From Raillietiella orientalis (Eukaryota), in assembly GCA_036172245.1 (NCBI GenBank), contig JAYWIR010000001.1:9362001-9426000 (forward strand): a DNA stretch of 64,000 bases. The letters run 5' to 3'. Made by a program: the position numbers and the translations under genes. Each line of letters opens with the position of its first letter. Within the stretch, counting starts at the first letter, position 1. Below, one piece after another: positions 1-12,254 of the stretch. The notes below the pieces were generated by a model. That model worked only from the letters and a program-made list of their open reading frames with translations. It was not told the origin of the DNA and searched no databases.

Positions 1-2100
1 AGATAACTGGAGTTGGCCGTATAAAACACATAATTGCTCCACAGAGTTACAGCTTGCACGCTACACTTGCGATAAGCAACACCGTCGCTGCAACCGTAAG
101 AGGAGCAGAGGCCCAGCGTTGCTCGGCAACATTCTTCCCTTCCAATTGGATTGTCTCACCAACTGGCCAACTTTTGGATGATGCTCCTGCATAATAATGT
201 TGCTCTCTCGATTTCCAGCCTGGTCTCTTTGCCACGTTAATGCAGAATGCTGTTTTCCTACCTTTGCCGCCGCCACGGCGTTGTTTTTTGCAATGACGCA
301 CCTGACTCGATAAGCTGTTGTTTTTTTGATGCACTGTTGTGTATGTGTGTGTCTTGCGAATAACATTCCCCCACTGTCTGAATACGAACTCCATATGCGT
401 TAAGATCAAGAGATGCAAAGAACGGAAAAGGCAAGGATAGTGGCTGCCACGGGGACACCGCATGGCAGCCACATCCCAGTTCTCCTGGGTGAAAGTAGTC
501 CGGAAGGAGTCAGATCATTTATGAATTCGAGGCTATAAGACCGATGTACACATCGGTTCCCTGATAAGTGAGAGTGGCCGGATAGATAACGTGAGTAAGG
601 CTACTTCGGCACTGATGCATCTTTAGAATGAATGGCGACTGGACCGATTTGTCCGATGTCTGACGATTTCCTCGTGGTGCAATTCACCCCGTGGTGGATC
701 TTGTTCCTTCAATTATCTCCACCTTGTGCGATCGGGAGCTTAGCACGAATTTCTGTCCCTGTACCGGTATTCCTATGGGTGTTATGCAAGTTGCACGTCC
801 ACTCTTTCCTGAAAGTTGTGCAAGTTCCCGAGAGCCTAGGGCAAAATGAAACCACGGTTTCGTCAAGAGGCTCTACGTTTCATGTGATGGAAATATTGCA
901 AAGAACGGTGTTGTAATTTGTTTGCTACTAAAGTGATGCTGCTGATGGAAAACCAAGCATGCGTTGAGAAACATCAAGAGTGACAATAATTGGGAAAATG
1001 TCCAACTTGCAGAAAGAATACTTCATGCGTGAACACCTTGCCTGTGTTTTCAAACTGTGTTTCAACAGTGTTCACTGTGGTGTCTAAGGCACAGTCTCTT
1101 TTCAGTTTGGGGAACTGCCTTTTTTTAAATAGATGAGTCTCACTGAAATCAGTGACGTGCCCGTGACTTCCGACTTTTCAACAAGATCGAGATTCCAAAG
1201 AGACTCTCACCGCCGCGTGGTACCTGCTTGGTGAACTGCGGTTTCTAAGCTTGTTTCTGTGCTGAAGTTTTTTGAAGAAATAGTCATAATTATCATCAGT
1301 CACTTCTTGTTGAGTCGTTATTAACTGACAAAAGAAATACCGTGGAGGAGTCAGAGAAAAATCAATCATTCGGAATGAGGTTTACAGCACGAGCGGTTGA
1401 AATTCGTATTCCCTTCCCTAGCATGGTACGAAAAACGGACTTTTCATCCTCCCACGGATTTAGCATCCATGGGACGCCAAAAGTTTTATTTGGCTGAAAC
1501 GGTTCTGGAATGAAACTGGCTTTAAAACCGCATTTGGTTTACGAGCGAGAGAAGCTCCAAAGACTTCTCCAAGTTCCCCTGTGGAATACTGCAGTAACGG
1601 AATGGGGGTGGGTGGGGGATGGTAGCAGTCAAGCTACTACATCGCTTGCTGGTGCCTAAGGTCGCTCCAAATCCTCTCCCCAATTTTTACACAGAAACAG
1701 AAACTTCTTTCAGATGATTCCAGAGTTCGAAGAGTTCCCTCGTGCCCCACGAAGAGGCGAGGGGGCCGCTGCACTTTAGCGAGGGAGGGTAAAGGCAAGA
1801 TGAGTGCGTAACTTCTTTCGAGGAAGCGTCATCGAGGTCATCAAACTCTCAAGCGTCATCGAAACGAAAGTCAGCGTTCTCGGCGGAATGATAAGCCAAT
1901 TAATAAAAAGAACACATTAAGATTCTTTGGAAAATTTCAGATCCACAAAAGTCATTGAAATGTTTTAAAGAAAAAACATGAATAAACTGGAAGGTCAGGA
2001 AACCTTGTGCTAAACTCCAGTGTTATGGGTTCTCGGAAGTGCTTGTTTTTTTTTTTTTTTTTTTTCCCCTTAAGAAATCGCACTTTGGATCGAAGTAAAT
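1..2100 (-). mobile_element. Degenerate LINE (L1/Tx1-like) ORF2 fossil, EN-linker-RT N-half, runs off the window
   Basis: ORF 1178..1369 gives EVTDDNYDYFFKKLQHRNK (cf. EGDxNTKFFH..R linker). Further down the minus strand come LLPDYFHPGE (cf. LPxLIHPxQ) and GASSKSWPVG (cf. NGxxSxxF), in the expected order, with stops and frameshifts. Confidence 0.45.
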
Positions 2101-2299
2101 GGTGTAAGGAAACTGAGTGAGCGCATTGATTGTGATTCACCTTTGACTGCCAACTCACTGATTGACAACTTTTTCAAGGGTACCAAAAGCGCTGATCGGT
2201 CGAACATATGGAGAGAGACGAAAAATCATATAGGAAGTTTCCACACACACAGCGATGGGTCGGCTGTGTGCGCTGGGTGAGCCGACACTGGGGAACGAA

Positions 2300-5200
2300 A
2301 AGCTCATATCCGAATTATTCTTTGTTTTCCTTCAGGTGCGCTGCCGCCATGACCAGCAGTGAACTGCGAAATCACCAGTGGTGAGAAATTGCATAAGTTG
2401 CTGTGGAATCCAATTCTCTGCAATCGTACAACCGTGCTAGGACGAGCACCGCCATCGTTACGTGCACACGTGAACGTGCTTGTAGGCGTTCTAGATGAAG
2501 GGATGCTGCTCCGATAGCCGTTAAAGGAACAAGCAAGGCAGAACTGCCCTTTCTCGTTCTGCTCCACCAAATACACTTTGAGACGAAAAGGAATGAATCT
2601 GCTGTTCTCGCAAACGAGAGAAAGAAACAGGAAGGATAAAGGCAGCAGGGATGAAAAATAAAGACGCGGAAGGGTTCGCAGGAAGAATCAGGAAAAATCA
2701 ACTCTCACGAAGGTCACTCATGCTCTACTTATAAAAGAAGGTAAGAGATGTGCTGCAATTAAAAGAATACATTGACTGGCAAAAAAGGATGATGGTAAGG
2801 CTCACTTGGCAGCGGCTAATGGATGAAGAGACCTGCTTGCCCAGGGTGCACTACCTTACAGTCTGATGGACACCGATCTGAACTCGTCGGAAATAGTGCT
2901 TATGGGGTACCTCTTCCCAGAGCAGCTTTGAAATCTTAGACACTCGCATCTGAAAACATGGCAAGTCAATATCTGGAAAGAATCATCTTTCTCAGATTCT
3001 CTGGTCCATTCGATCCTGAACTGAGAAATTCATATGTTCCTCGGTAGAGTAACAGCCTCGCCGACCTCCGACTTTCGTATCAGGCACTCGAAAGTTGGAT
3101 GGTCATCGAACACTTGAAGAGTCTATTATGGTGGTTGGTGGGATTTTGCTTCTTCACCTGTGCTCCTCCGCTGGCCAGTCTTCGACTCTTGCATGTTTAG
3201 AAGACATTCCGACTTGTGGGTTTTCATTTCCATTCGGTTGTGGCGTCTTCCACGCTTTTTTTCTTTTTCCACTTTTTTGCGTACTTTAGTCGTTTGGATT
3301 CCCCCTGACCAGGAATTTTGTATGTCTCGTAAGAAACCCTTGTTGTATTTTTGCAAGATCGACGTATGTGGATCTTGTAAAAATTTTAGAAAATATGGAA
3401 TGGTTTGCCTTTTGCCTCAGGAAGATTTCTCATGTGTTCATTGTGCTGAGTGGAGTAACAGCAACTCTTAAGATATAAGAATTCTTTCTTCCTTTCTTTT
3501 TTTCTTCATCTTGTCAACAGCATTCCTCAAACGTAGGAAAGAGGCGCCGAACGCGAAGCAGTTCGATTGTATGATTTTCGGTTCGTAGCACCACCGTGTC
3601 CTCCTTTCAACACTTTCCTGACATCTCTCCGAACACTCACACACACACACACAAAAAAAAAACACTCACACACTCACTACTGTGGGGATAATATTCAGAG
3701 CACAGGACTGTTCGAAGCGTTCTTCGGAATCTGTTCACCCTGTGTTGTACAAGTTCTTACACCAAATATGCCACCGCAACCCGTGATCCTTGGCACATGC
3801 GCGTCATTGCCGTTATCAGAATGTTGCGTATCCAACATGTTTGGATTTTTCACGTTAACACAATAAGTTTCATGCTCTTCCTATTTTCGCACTACGCCTT
3901 AGTCAAGAACGTATGGTATGGAACCTGGGAAGGAAAGAGTGCAATTCTTCCATGGTACTGCATCACAAAGCATGCGGGTGAGTGGAAAAACATCGGGGGC
4001 CGTCTTTTCTTTCCCAATATTTCTTGCTGAAGCGATTAGAAAATGCATTTAGTCACCAAACCCTGCGGATTTCACAAGAACGTGGGCATTCCGAGGTTGA
4101 CTGAATAGCAGGTTCATATGGAGCCAACAGTCAAGTGACTCAAGAGCGAGGGAGGAAGATTGTGGGAGAAAGATGGGCAGCTGGATTTTTGGCCCCTTGC
4201 CCACCTCACCCAGAAATCAAGGATGCCCACTCTGGAATCTCCCAAAGCTTGCTTTACGACGCAAGGCGTGCCTCGGACAATGCATACTGCGTCAGCACCT
4301 CAGAAGAATCATCTTTCCCGGGTCCAGCTGAAATTTCGTGGCTTTCAGAAGGATCAACCTGGTGAAAACGTCGAACAACCGATCCTCAAGAGATAGAAAC
4401 GTAGACGAGGAAACTAGGTTTGCTTGCCTTTCCGAAAAAGCTTAATGTAGCAGAAAACGCTTGCTTGTGATTATTGAAACCAGTTCGCGAAATGTACAAA
4501 GCCATCAGATTTCTCGTAACGATCTTTCTGCTTCCGCGGAAAACTTCTACTAGTGATGTTCTGAAGATGAGTTTTTCCCTGGTTTTATTCACGCCCACCG
4601 TTACCAGAGCGTCTGCAGAACTGGGAAAGTGCAACTCGAAAAAGGCCAGGCGACACCAGGGGAGCCTTCGAAACATGCCCATGTCTAGTAGATGTTCGCC
4701 CCGCTGTCCTCAGAAAGCATCCATCTTTTCCAGGTCTCATGCAAAAGGAAGTGTCCTTTTGTTCCGGGAGGATGCGTTTTTTTCGCGACAATTTAGTAGA
4801 ACGAGGACAACTCTCAAGGAACTCCGCCCGCACGGCAAACTTTTGGATCGGAAAAAGCGCGTCGATCGGCAGAGGTGTGGTTCTTTGAAGGGAGATCGGC
4901 TTCACAAGAAAGAGAGTCACATTCCCAACACCCTTTCCTGGGCCGATAAGAATCCGATTAGGATTCCTTTTCACGGGACTTGGCTTGGCTTGTAAACAGT
5001 GAAAAGATGAAAGTCTCTCTCCAGGAAAAAGTGAAAAGCTGAAGCCAGATTTCGGAATTAGAGGGGCTTTTTGGAGAAACAAGGCTTCAGGCGCCAAAAA
5101 TGGGTCCGTCCATGGATGTGCCTAGGAAGTGAGCGATGTTTCCAAAGTGTTGGAATCGTTTCACTGGACGCGCAGGTACATGAATTTTTGTCCAGTGAAG

Positions 5201-7600
5201 GTGAAAAGTGGTATGCGAGCGGTACAACCTCGAAAGACTACAGCCTCAAAAATTCTCCATGAAAAAAAAAAAAGAAAAAAGACAAGCAAAGAAGAGCCAA
5301 ACAGAAAGCTTCCGTTGCGTTGTCTGCTCTCTATGTGCTGAATCAGATCATCCCACTTGTTTTGCACGCAAGCAGCCAGTGATTTGAAGCTGCACTGAAA
5401 GAAAACGGCTGCAAAGTTGCCAACCAGCCAGACGCTGAATCAATCACGAAAGCATGGTCGGCGCGTTCCCGCGCATATGCTTCCCCATGAAAGTCAACAA
5501 GAACGGAAAAAATGGATCCAGCACGATTCCGATGCTCTGCTTCTCAGCATCCTTCTCGTGAACGCAGCCTTGCAGAAAAAAGGCACACTTTGGGCTACTT
5601 TGTCGCCTATGGGGTCCCCATGGCAACTGCGTGGATATCCGGTGGCACCGCCGGACGCAAGTCTCAAAGGAATTGAATCCTCATGTCTTGATTAAGTCAC
5701 AAGCTCTCCATTTGTGATTAATTGAGGGTAAACACGTAAATTGTATGAATGCATGCTGTGTTTTACAATGATGAATAGCATAATGTTTACAAAATGCCCT
5801 CCCTATGAATATTCAGACTGCTTTTTGACGAAGGTGTATCAAGGACACGAATTCTCAATTAGATCAGCGTAACACAAACAAAAGATAAAGGATTCAGAAA
5901 GCTGATAGGGAAAGGGAGGGAGGGAAGAACAAGGGGAGGGCGGGAGATGAAAAGGGGGGGGAGGATTCGTTAGGCTTAAGCGGTTCCCAGAGGAACATCG
6001 AAACGGGATGAAAAGGACAAGCAGTGATCCGGAAATGGTGCAAAATCATATCTACCGTAGGTAGGAAGGTGGAAGACCAGATCGATCACCGGGTGATGCG
6101 TTTCGCAATAGGGGAGATCTTCCCAGCTTCCAAGTCTTCCCAGCCACGGAGCACACACTTCCTGCGAACGATAAGGGCCATTACGCATTCCACGCGCCTC
6201 CCCCGACAGGTGGAGCTCCCAACAATCGATAAGCCGAAGATTAACAATCAGAGCAATGGGAAGGCGTGATAAAAATAGAAACACAGGAAAGAAGCCCAAT
6301 TAGGCCCACTGGTCGAGCGCCATCGAGACCAGCTGTCGCGTGTTGCAAATATGGCCGCCGACCCCGAATGTGCACATCTTGTACGTACAAGTGATCAGAA
6401 TCCGTGTAATGTACGGAGGATGCTTCATTCCACTGAGGATCACTGGGGATCACGCAGAGACACCCGGAGCGTTTCACTGGCGTATCGGAGGCGCTTCCGA
6501 AGGAAACTGATGATGGCACTCGTCGGGTCTTTCAAGATGGTCTTTTCTTTCTTTCAAGATGGACCAAGCGCGGCGAGTGAAAAGTTGAGACTAACGCAGG
6601 GAGAAAACATCAGTGCGTGAGTGATGCAGGGAAACTTTTGGAAGCCGAACATCTGAAAGTGCTGGCAGGGGTGTGGAGGAGAAAAAAATGATCCACCTTA
6701 CAAAAGGCAACTAAAGGTCATGAAGTAATCAGCAACTAAAGAAGACAAGAGATAAACAAAAGAAAGTGAAGAAAGAATCATTTATGGACCGAAGAAAATC
6801 TCGAAGTGTGACAGCTTCTGTAGCAGGGGTATCGGTTGCGCCAACTGAAGCCTAAGGCTGCAACCCAGGGGCACCAGAACAAAACGTTTCTCAGGAGTGC
6901 AAGCCGTTTCTGCGAGCAGTAGTGAGCAGCATCGCCAAAAATTCGCCTGAGAAATGAAAGCTGAGGAAAGGTCAAGCTCAAAACAGAAGGTGAGCAGGAA
7001 ATAAAAGAAAACGGACGTACAATTTCTTCAAAAACAGCATGCAACCCATGCAGCGTGGCAAGTCAGAGCGCTCTCTTCCGACGTCCAAAACTAAATGTTT
7101 TTCAGATCAGAGGCGCTAAGCTTTTAGGCCTCTCGTTTGCATGTGGATGCTGAGGTCCTCGGAGAGCTGTCTGTCTCCTTGAGATGAAAGGAGCCTCCTC
7201 GATTTCGGGAGGAAGCAGCACGGTTCCATCAAACAAGTGTCCCATGATGAGGAACAAGCTAGTTCTCTTCTCGAAGGACTTTCCGATCCTGCTGGTAAGC
7301 TAAACAGTTGAGGAGACGACAGGCAGGGACTTGACTACGAACACACGTGAGTGATCCAGCAGCTTTATGGGACTATTCGAATTCGTCTGCACAGCCTGTG
7401 CACAGGTGCAATCACCAATGCAGATAAGCGAGGTTGCGCGAAGTGCTTTTCGAAGCTCACGAAGGGACGCTAGGAGGCTTTTATCCGAAATCGAGGGTGC
7501 AACTAAAGGGGGTCCGTTGCACAAGCTTGCAGATAGGGGCATGTGCTCGTGCTCGTGTAGTACAATCACAGACCCTTCTGCCACGGATGGATCATGAAAT
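2300..7600 (-). mobile_element. Near full-length degenerate LINE ORF2 fossil (APE to zinc knuckle); may be two nested copies
   Basis: Ordered motifs: LVAPS..LRELRKAL..ICIGDCT (7300..7584; cf. YAP...IxGDFN), TSRIGKSF (cf. SRID), TDSDHLYV (~6390; cf. SDH), SKAPLVSPGLF/FFELHF (~4650; cf. KAPGPDG..EF), DVFPLTR (~3990), and QFCLACS (~2540; CxxC). Confidence 0.5.
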
Positions 7601-7799
7601 GAATACCGATCGCCCTAACTCAACCCATCGAAACTTTGACATTTTCGTGTTCCCCCTCATCCCCCACCCCACCTCTGCGGAGACGGCGAGCATGCGAGCA
7701 GTTCCAAACGTACGTGTGAAACAAAAACGAAATCTCGCCAAAAACGCTCCGGAACCGATCGGCTTGTCATCGGAATTCTAAGTAAAGTATCCAATGATG

Positions 7800-10350
7800 C
7801 AACCTGATGTTAGGAAGAGAGCAGCTTTGAAGAGACTGGGTCTGCTGTGGCCGCGTCACAAATGCAGCCAGCTAGCTCCTGCTGGAATAGTGGAACGGCA
7901 CAAAGCGTATCTTCCGCATGCAACCAGAGAAAGAAGTGTTTTGGTTTTCCAGCACAAGCGGAGTCCGGGTGGGAGTGCCATGTCATGGCCGGACCGCCTT
8001 CCTCAGAGACGGTGGTCGGTCACGCGGCGCAGAATTTCTTCACGGAGTCGCACTCCATGCGTAAAGTCGCCCGCATTAATTGCTCGCACCCGTAAAGGCT
8101 GCTGGCGTAGTTCTTTCGCCAACGGAAGGCTCCCTGACGCAGGCATTTCGAAAAATCTGGAGCTTCTTCTTCTTTCTCTCACATCCACTGATGGCATGTT
8201 GGTCCACGCTTCTTCTCTGACCACCATATCAGCAGCTTCCCGCGGGATTCGGTGTTGAACGCATCGCTTGTTCCACAGACAAGCCAGCCGCCCGTCTCTC
8301 ACATCTCACGCCTCCGCACTGCTTTTTTTTTTTCTTTAAAACGGATCATCGGTCGCTTAAATTTGTTTCCCTGCAACGTGGCTGCGCGCATCTGTGTGCT
8401 GTAAGCTGAGGGGATGCTCATTGCCCCGCTCCCCCAACCACTCCTGTTGATCGGCTCCGCGTGATTTTGTTCGTGGTGTACCCCCTCTCACAGGCAAAGG
8501 CAGTGTTCACGCACCGCACACCCCACTGAGTTGTTCACTGCTCTTCGCATCTTGGTCGTGACTCAGAAGGCGGCCTCCTCGTATGAGGAGAGAACCCCGA
8601 CATGGGGAGGCACGCGATCTGGACGCACGGCTTCACCCAGCTCCACCCAGGATGCACCGGAGCAGAGATGGCAAGCCGAAAATTCCCGCGTGCCGAAATG
8701 GGCGAAGCCTGGCAACGACGCGCGTGATCTGAACGCACACGACGTGTGTCCCGTCTGAAAGGTCGCGCGGTCTCAAATGATCCACCCTCCGAGGTTTTGG
8801 AAAAAAGGACGTCCTCTCACACGCAGCACCACGCGGGATAAGCAAGGTGACATTCGCGCCAAGGGATGCGAGGTTCTTTGGTGGGATCAAAAAATACTCC
8901 GTGGCTCCTCGTCTGGATCCGCTCACTTCTGTTGCTCCGTCCCGAACTCTGCTGCAGATGAAAGCGAACGACATAAAAATAGCAGCGAAACGATCACTAA
9001 TGGATATCACGTGTCAGGTTGCAGGTAAAAATAATAAGACTGATTTCCGATGCAAATTTTCCAAAAACAGATCTTGCCATCAGCTGAAACCCGCCCAGCT
9101 AAATGCTAGCGCTCATCCCGCCATGACACAGCGGCGACGCAGTGTTGCCACCAGTCGACTGCGAAGCTTCGCTCCCACTAATCTTTATTATCAACAGAGC
9201 TCGTTGCGTGTTTGGCGAAACTTGAAGGATCTTGAAGAACGGAACCTGATCAAATGAGGAGTTGCTCGAAAATTTGGGCGTCCCCAAAACCGCACTCTTG
9301 CCACCGAATTGAACGTCGACCCTCTATGGTATGCCGTCGCTATCCATTAGGCGTTCCCGTCAATCAATCATTCGAGTGATTAGCTGTTTAAAGGAACTCT
9401 TCCGGAAACTGTGAATCCCGTGCTTCGCGTAGGTTTGTAGAGTTCCGGATTCTTCGTCTATCCGTGTGGCAGCAGCGGCCTTCTTTTTGGACTTCTTCTT
9501 GGTTTCCGTTTCCCAATCTGGAAGGTGACTGCACCGTGCTTTTTTACTCAGGGAACTCCATCAGGTGCATTCCGTGGGGTTGACAAATTTCGGCATCAAG
9601 CTGCAGATTCCCGGGGCAGCGAGGTCTGTAGGAATCTGCGAATCAAGCTCTTCCGGCCACGTCGGTGGGAAAGGGGTGCCTCAAGTTCCTTTGCTCTGAG
9701 ATTGTTTCAAACCAGTGAGAAGGAATGCAAATGTGCTGCTTCCGGATCGGCATGGAGGAAAGAATAATCCGTGGCAAGTGGAGCGAAGCAGTCAGCGACA
9801 GTCTTCATCCGCCCTGACCAGTTGAAACCATACAACTGGATACAGAATGCGTAGCACTGCAGCTTCATCTTTCCTGCCACCTTCGTCACGCGATGGTGCG
9901 GCGACGACAGGCCGCACAATTTTTTATGTGTTTCAATTGAGCCACACCGACGGGGCGATCCTACAATCAACCATAAGTACACACCTTCGAACGTACACTT
10001 TCTCCAGGCACGTGCGATACCCAAACCTTCTCCTAGCACTCCTTTCCTACTCTCGATCCTAGCCTGTGCGTAGTGTTTGTCTCTTTCATAGTTTTCCCCC
10101 ACTGCACACGGGAGAGTTCTCTGGGAGCCCTGCGTCTGCATGAGCGCATGCGGGCGCTCGGGAAAATCCTGTCATCGCCCCCACCGATTTTTGCATGCGC
10201 CTTGCATCCTCGGATCCGTTCACGCCCCGCCCACGGCTAACGTCCATTGTTACGTCAGACCTCGACACGGCGGCACATCTCACGGGTTGCCGATTTCCCG
10301 ACCTGAAAAATTCATAGGGTCCCCATTTGCATAGTTGGCGCACTCATAAA
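7800..10350 (-). mobile_element. Degenerate LINE RT fossil
   Basis: ORF 8633..9010 reads GSRRGATEYFL...FFPKPRRVDHLRPRDL...ITRVVARL (cf. PGPDG..EFF, LIPK...RPISL...LAxRL). ORF 8003..8302 reads RVRAINAGDFTHGVRLREEILRR (cf. VxINGxxSxxFxLxRGxRQG). Confidence 0.5.
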
Positions 10351-11249
10351 TGGCAAATAAATTCGGAGGGGAGAGGGGGGGGGGGGCTTCCAGTCCCGCT
10401 AATATCGAGGGAAATCGATCAATAATACCCTTACGGTACACCACTGGGGGCTTCCATTGCAGGCTGCGGTCGCTCACATTACTGATGAAAAATAAGTCCT
10501 GCGTGGACCGCCGGGCTGTTTGTTGGGCTTCAGAAGGGCAGGCAGGAAAACTGGCGTATTCCAGCTTCTGTTTTCGAAAACAACGGCTTCAAAAGAGGAA
10601 ACTGAAAACAGGTACGAGTTGCTTGTGCTATCCGCCGCAAACACTGAAATGCTAATTGGCTGGAACTTTCGAAGGAGTCGAAATCTTTTTTCGATTTAGC
10701 AGGGGGAAAAGAAAAAAAAAAAAAACATACTTGGACGCTGGTAAGTGTTTGTGCCTCATCTCTGTTTTTCCAAGCGAGATCTTTTCTACTCGAAGGGAAA
10801 ACTGGTAGCACCCTCCCCACCTACGGATGCAACACGTCCCAAACATTTTCACGGGAAATCCTGCAATCCACGCAAGCCAAACAAACCACGCGGATGCAGC
10901 TGAGTCTCCCATGTGATCCCTCTCCGCTCCAGACGTGGTGGAACACACCCTACGGCACCCACTTGCGTACGAACCGGACCTTTCGGGTGGCCGTCCCTCA
11001 GGACCGACGGGATGCCCGGCGCCCTCCCAGCAGTCTGCGTCCACCCGGGGAAGAGAGGCAAGGAGTGGACGCACGTTCCGTTTCCCGGAAGCCTCGCGCG
11101 GCTCTCCCCCCACGCGAGCCCGGGCTGCGCGTAGGAGAGCAGCACCGCGCCGCTGGGTAGCACATAGCCACCGGGACATCCGCGAAGGACTCCCGGCGAT
11201 CTGTTATGTAATGTGGCCAGGAACCGTTCAGCGGGAGATCCGATAACTC

Positions 11250-12204
11250 TGATAACGCGGGTTTCGCTACATATACGCATTTAGAAGGAACGTACGCCCA
11301 CGCTCCCTTCACTCACCTAACGGTTAACGGTTGCAGGAGCGCGGTTTCCATTGGCAACATTTGAGATGGCGACCTGCAAACCAGGAGGAATGCAAAAGAA
11401 AAAAGGAAAAAAAGATTTTTTTTTTTTTTTTTTCAAATTCCCGCATTCAAGAAGATCCTGAACTTCGGCTGCGCAAGCAGCCTTTCATTGCCTTCTGTTT
11501 GTAAGGCACATGGAAATATGGGAACAGAAAACATACACAAAAAAAAAACCCGGATGCCTTCTAATTCGATCCTCCCTGTTTGCTGCCTCCTGTGAGTTCC
11601 TCTGTTCGCGGCATATCTCCTTCCTCCTGAACCCAACACCAAGATAACCTTCGAGCGCTTTCCTTTGCTAGAGTTTCACAAGCCTAAACAAATACGTCAG
11701 ATTATAAAAGCATACAGCCTACATAAAACAACGCAGAAAATCAGCGAAAGAGGACACCTATTGGACCGATAAGGAAACTTCCTTTGGGAGATAGAAGATA
11801 GTAGGAACCTTGCGAAAAATTTCGACACGAAGGAGCTTTCCTTACTGTCAAGTTTATCGCTACCAGCGCAGGGATGCTGGCGTCTCTTCCGAGCCGGGAG
11901 CAGAGACGAACAGAAGAGGTCTCCCCACGTTCGGGCTGAGGAGCTGCAAGGAAGGAGCCGACCTTGCAGTGCCTTCTTCGCCTCCGACTGGCAACAGCAG
12001 CAGTGAGGGATCCCCGCTCCGTGCACAGTACTTGGAAAACTGGTCGGTCGTGATTTTGATGAAGAGGGCGACAAAGCAATGGCCGACTTTTCCACGGAAT
12101 TTTCCAGTCACACGGGGGAGTTTCCAGAACTGGAACTTGGAGAAAGTGCGATGCGTGAACCAAAGATGGCACGTGGAATCGTCAAGGCCTCGCCGCCGCC
12201 TCGC

Positions 12205-12254
<50 letters not shown>

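Noticed and set aside
47..301. Apparent terminal exons encoding a hydrophobic GPI-like C-terminus (..APLTVAATVLLIASVACKL*)
   Set aside because: They lie in register with an RT fossil (the NGxxSxxF..RQGxPLSPxLF region), and no upstream coding exons were found.
5715..5866. Imperfect 12-13 bp inverted repeat around an AT-rich 150 nt segment
   Set aside because: Gapped, low-complexity match with no TSD and no second copy.
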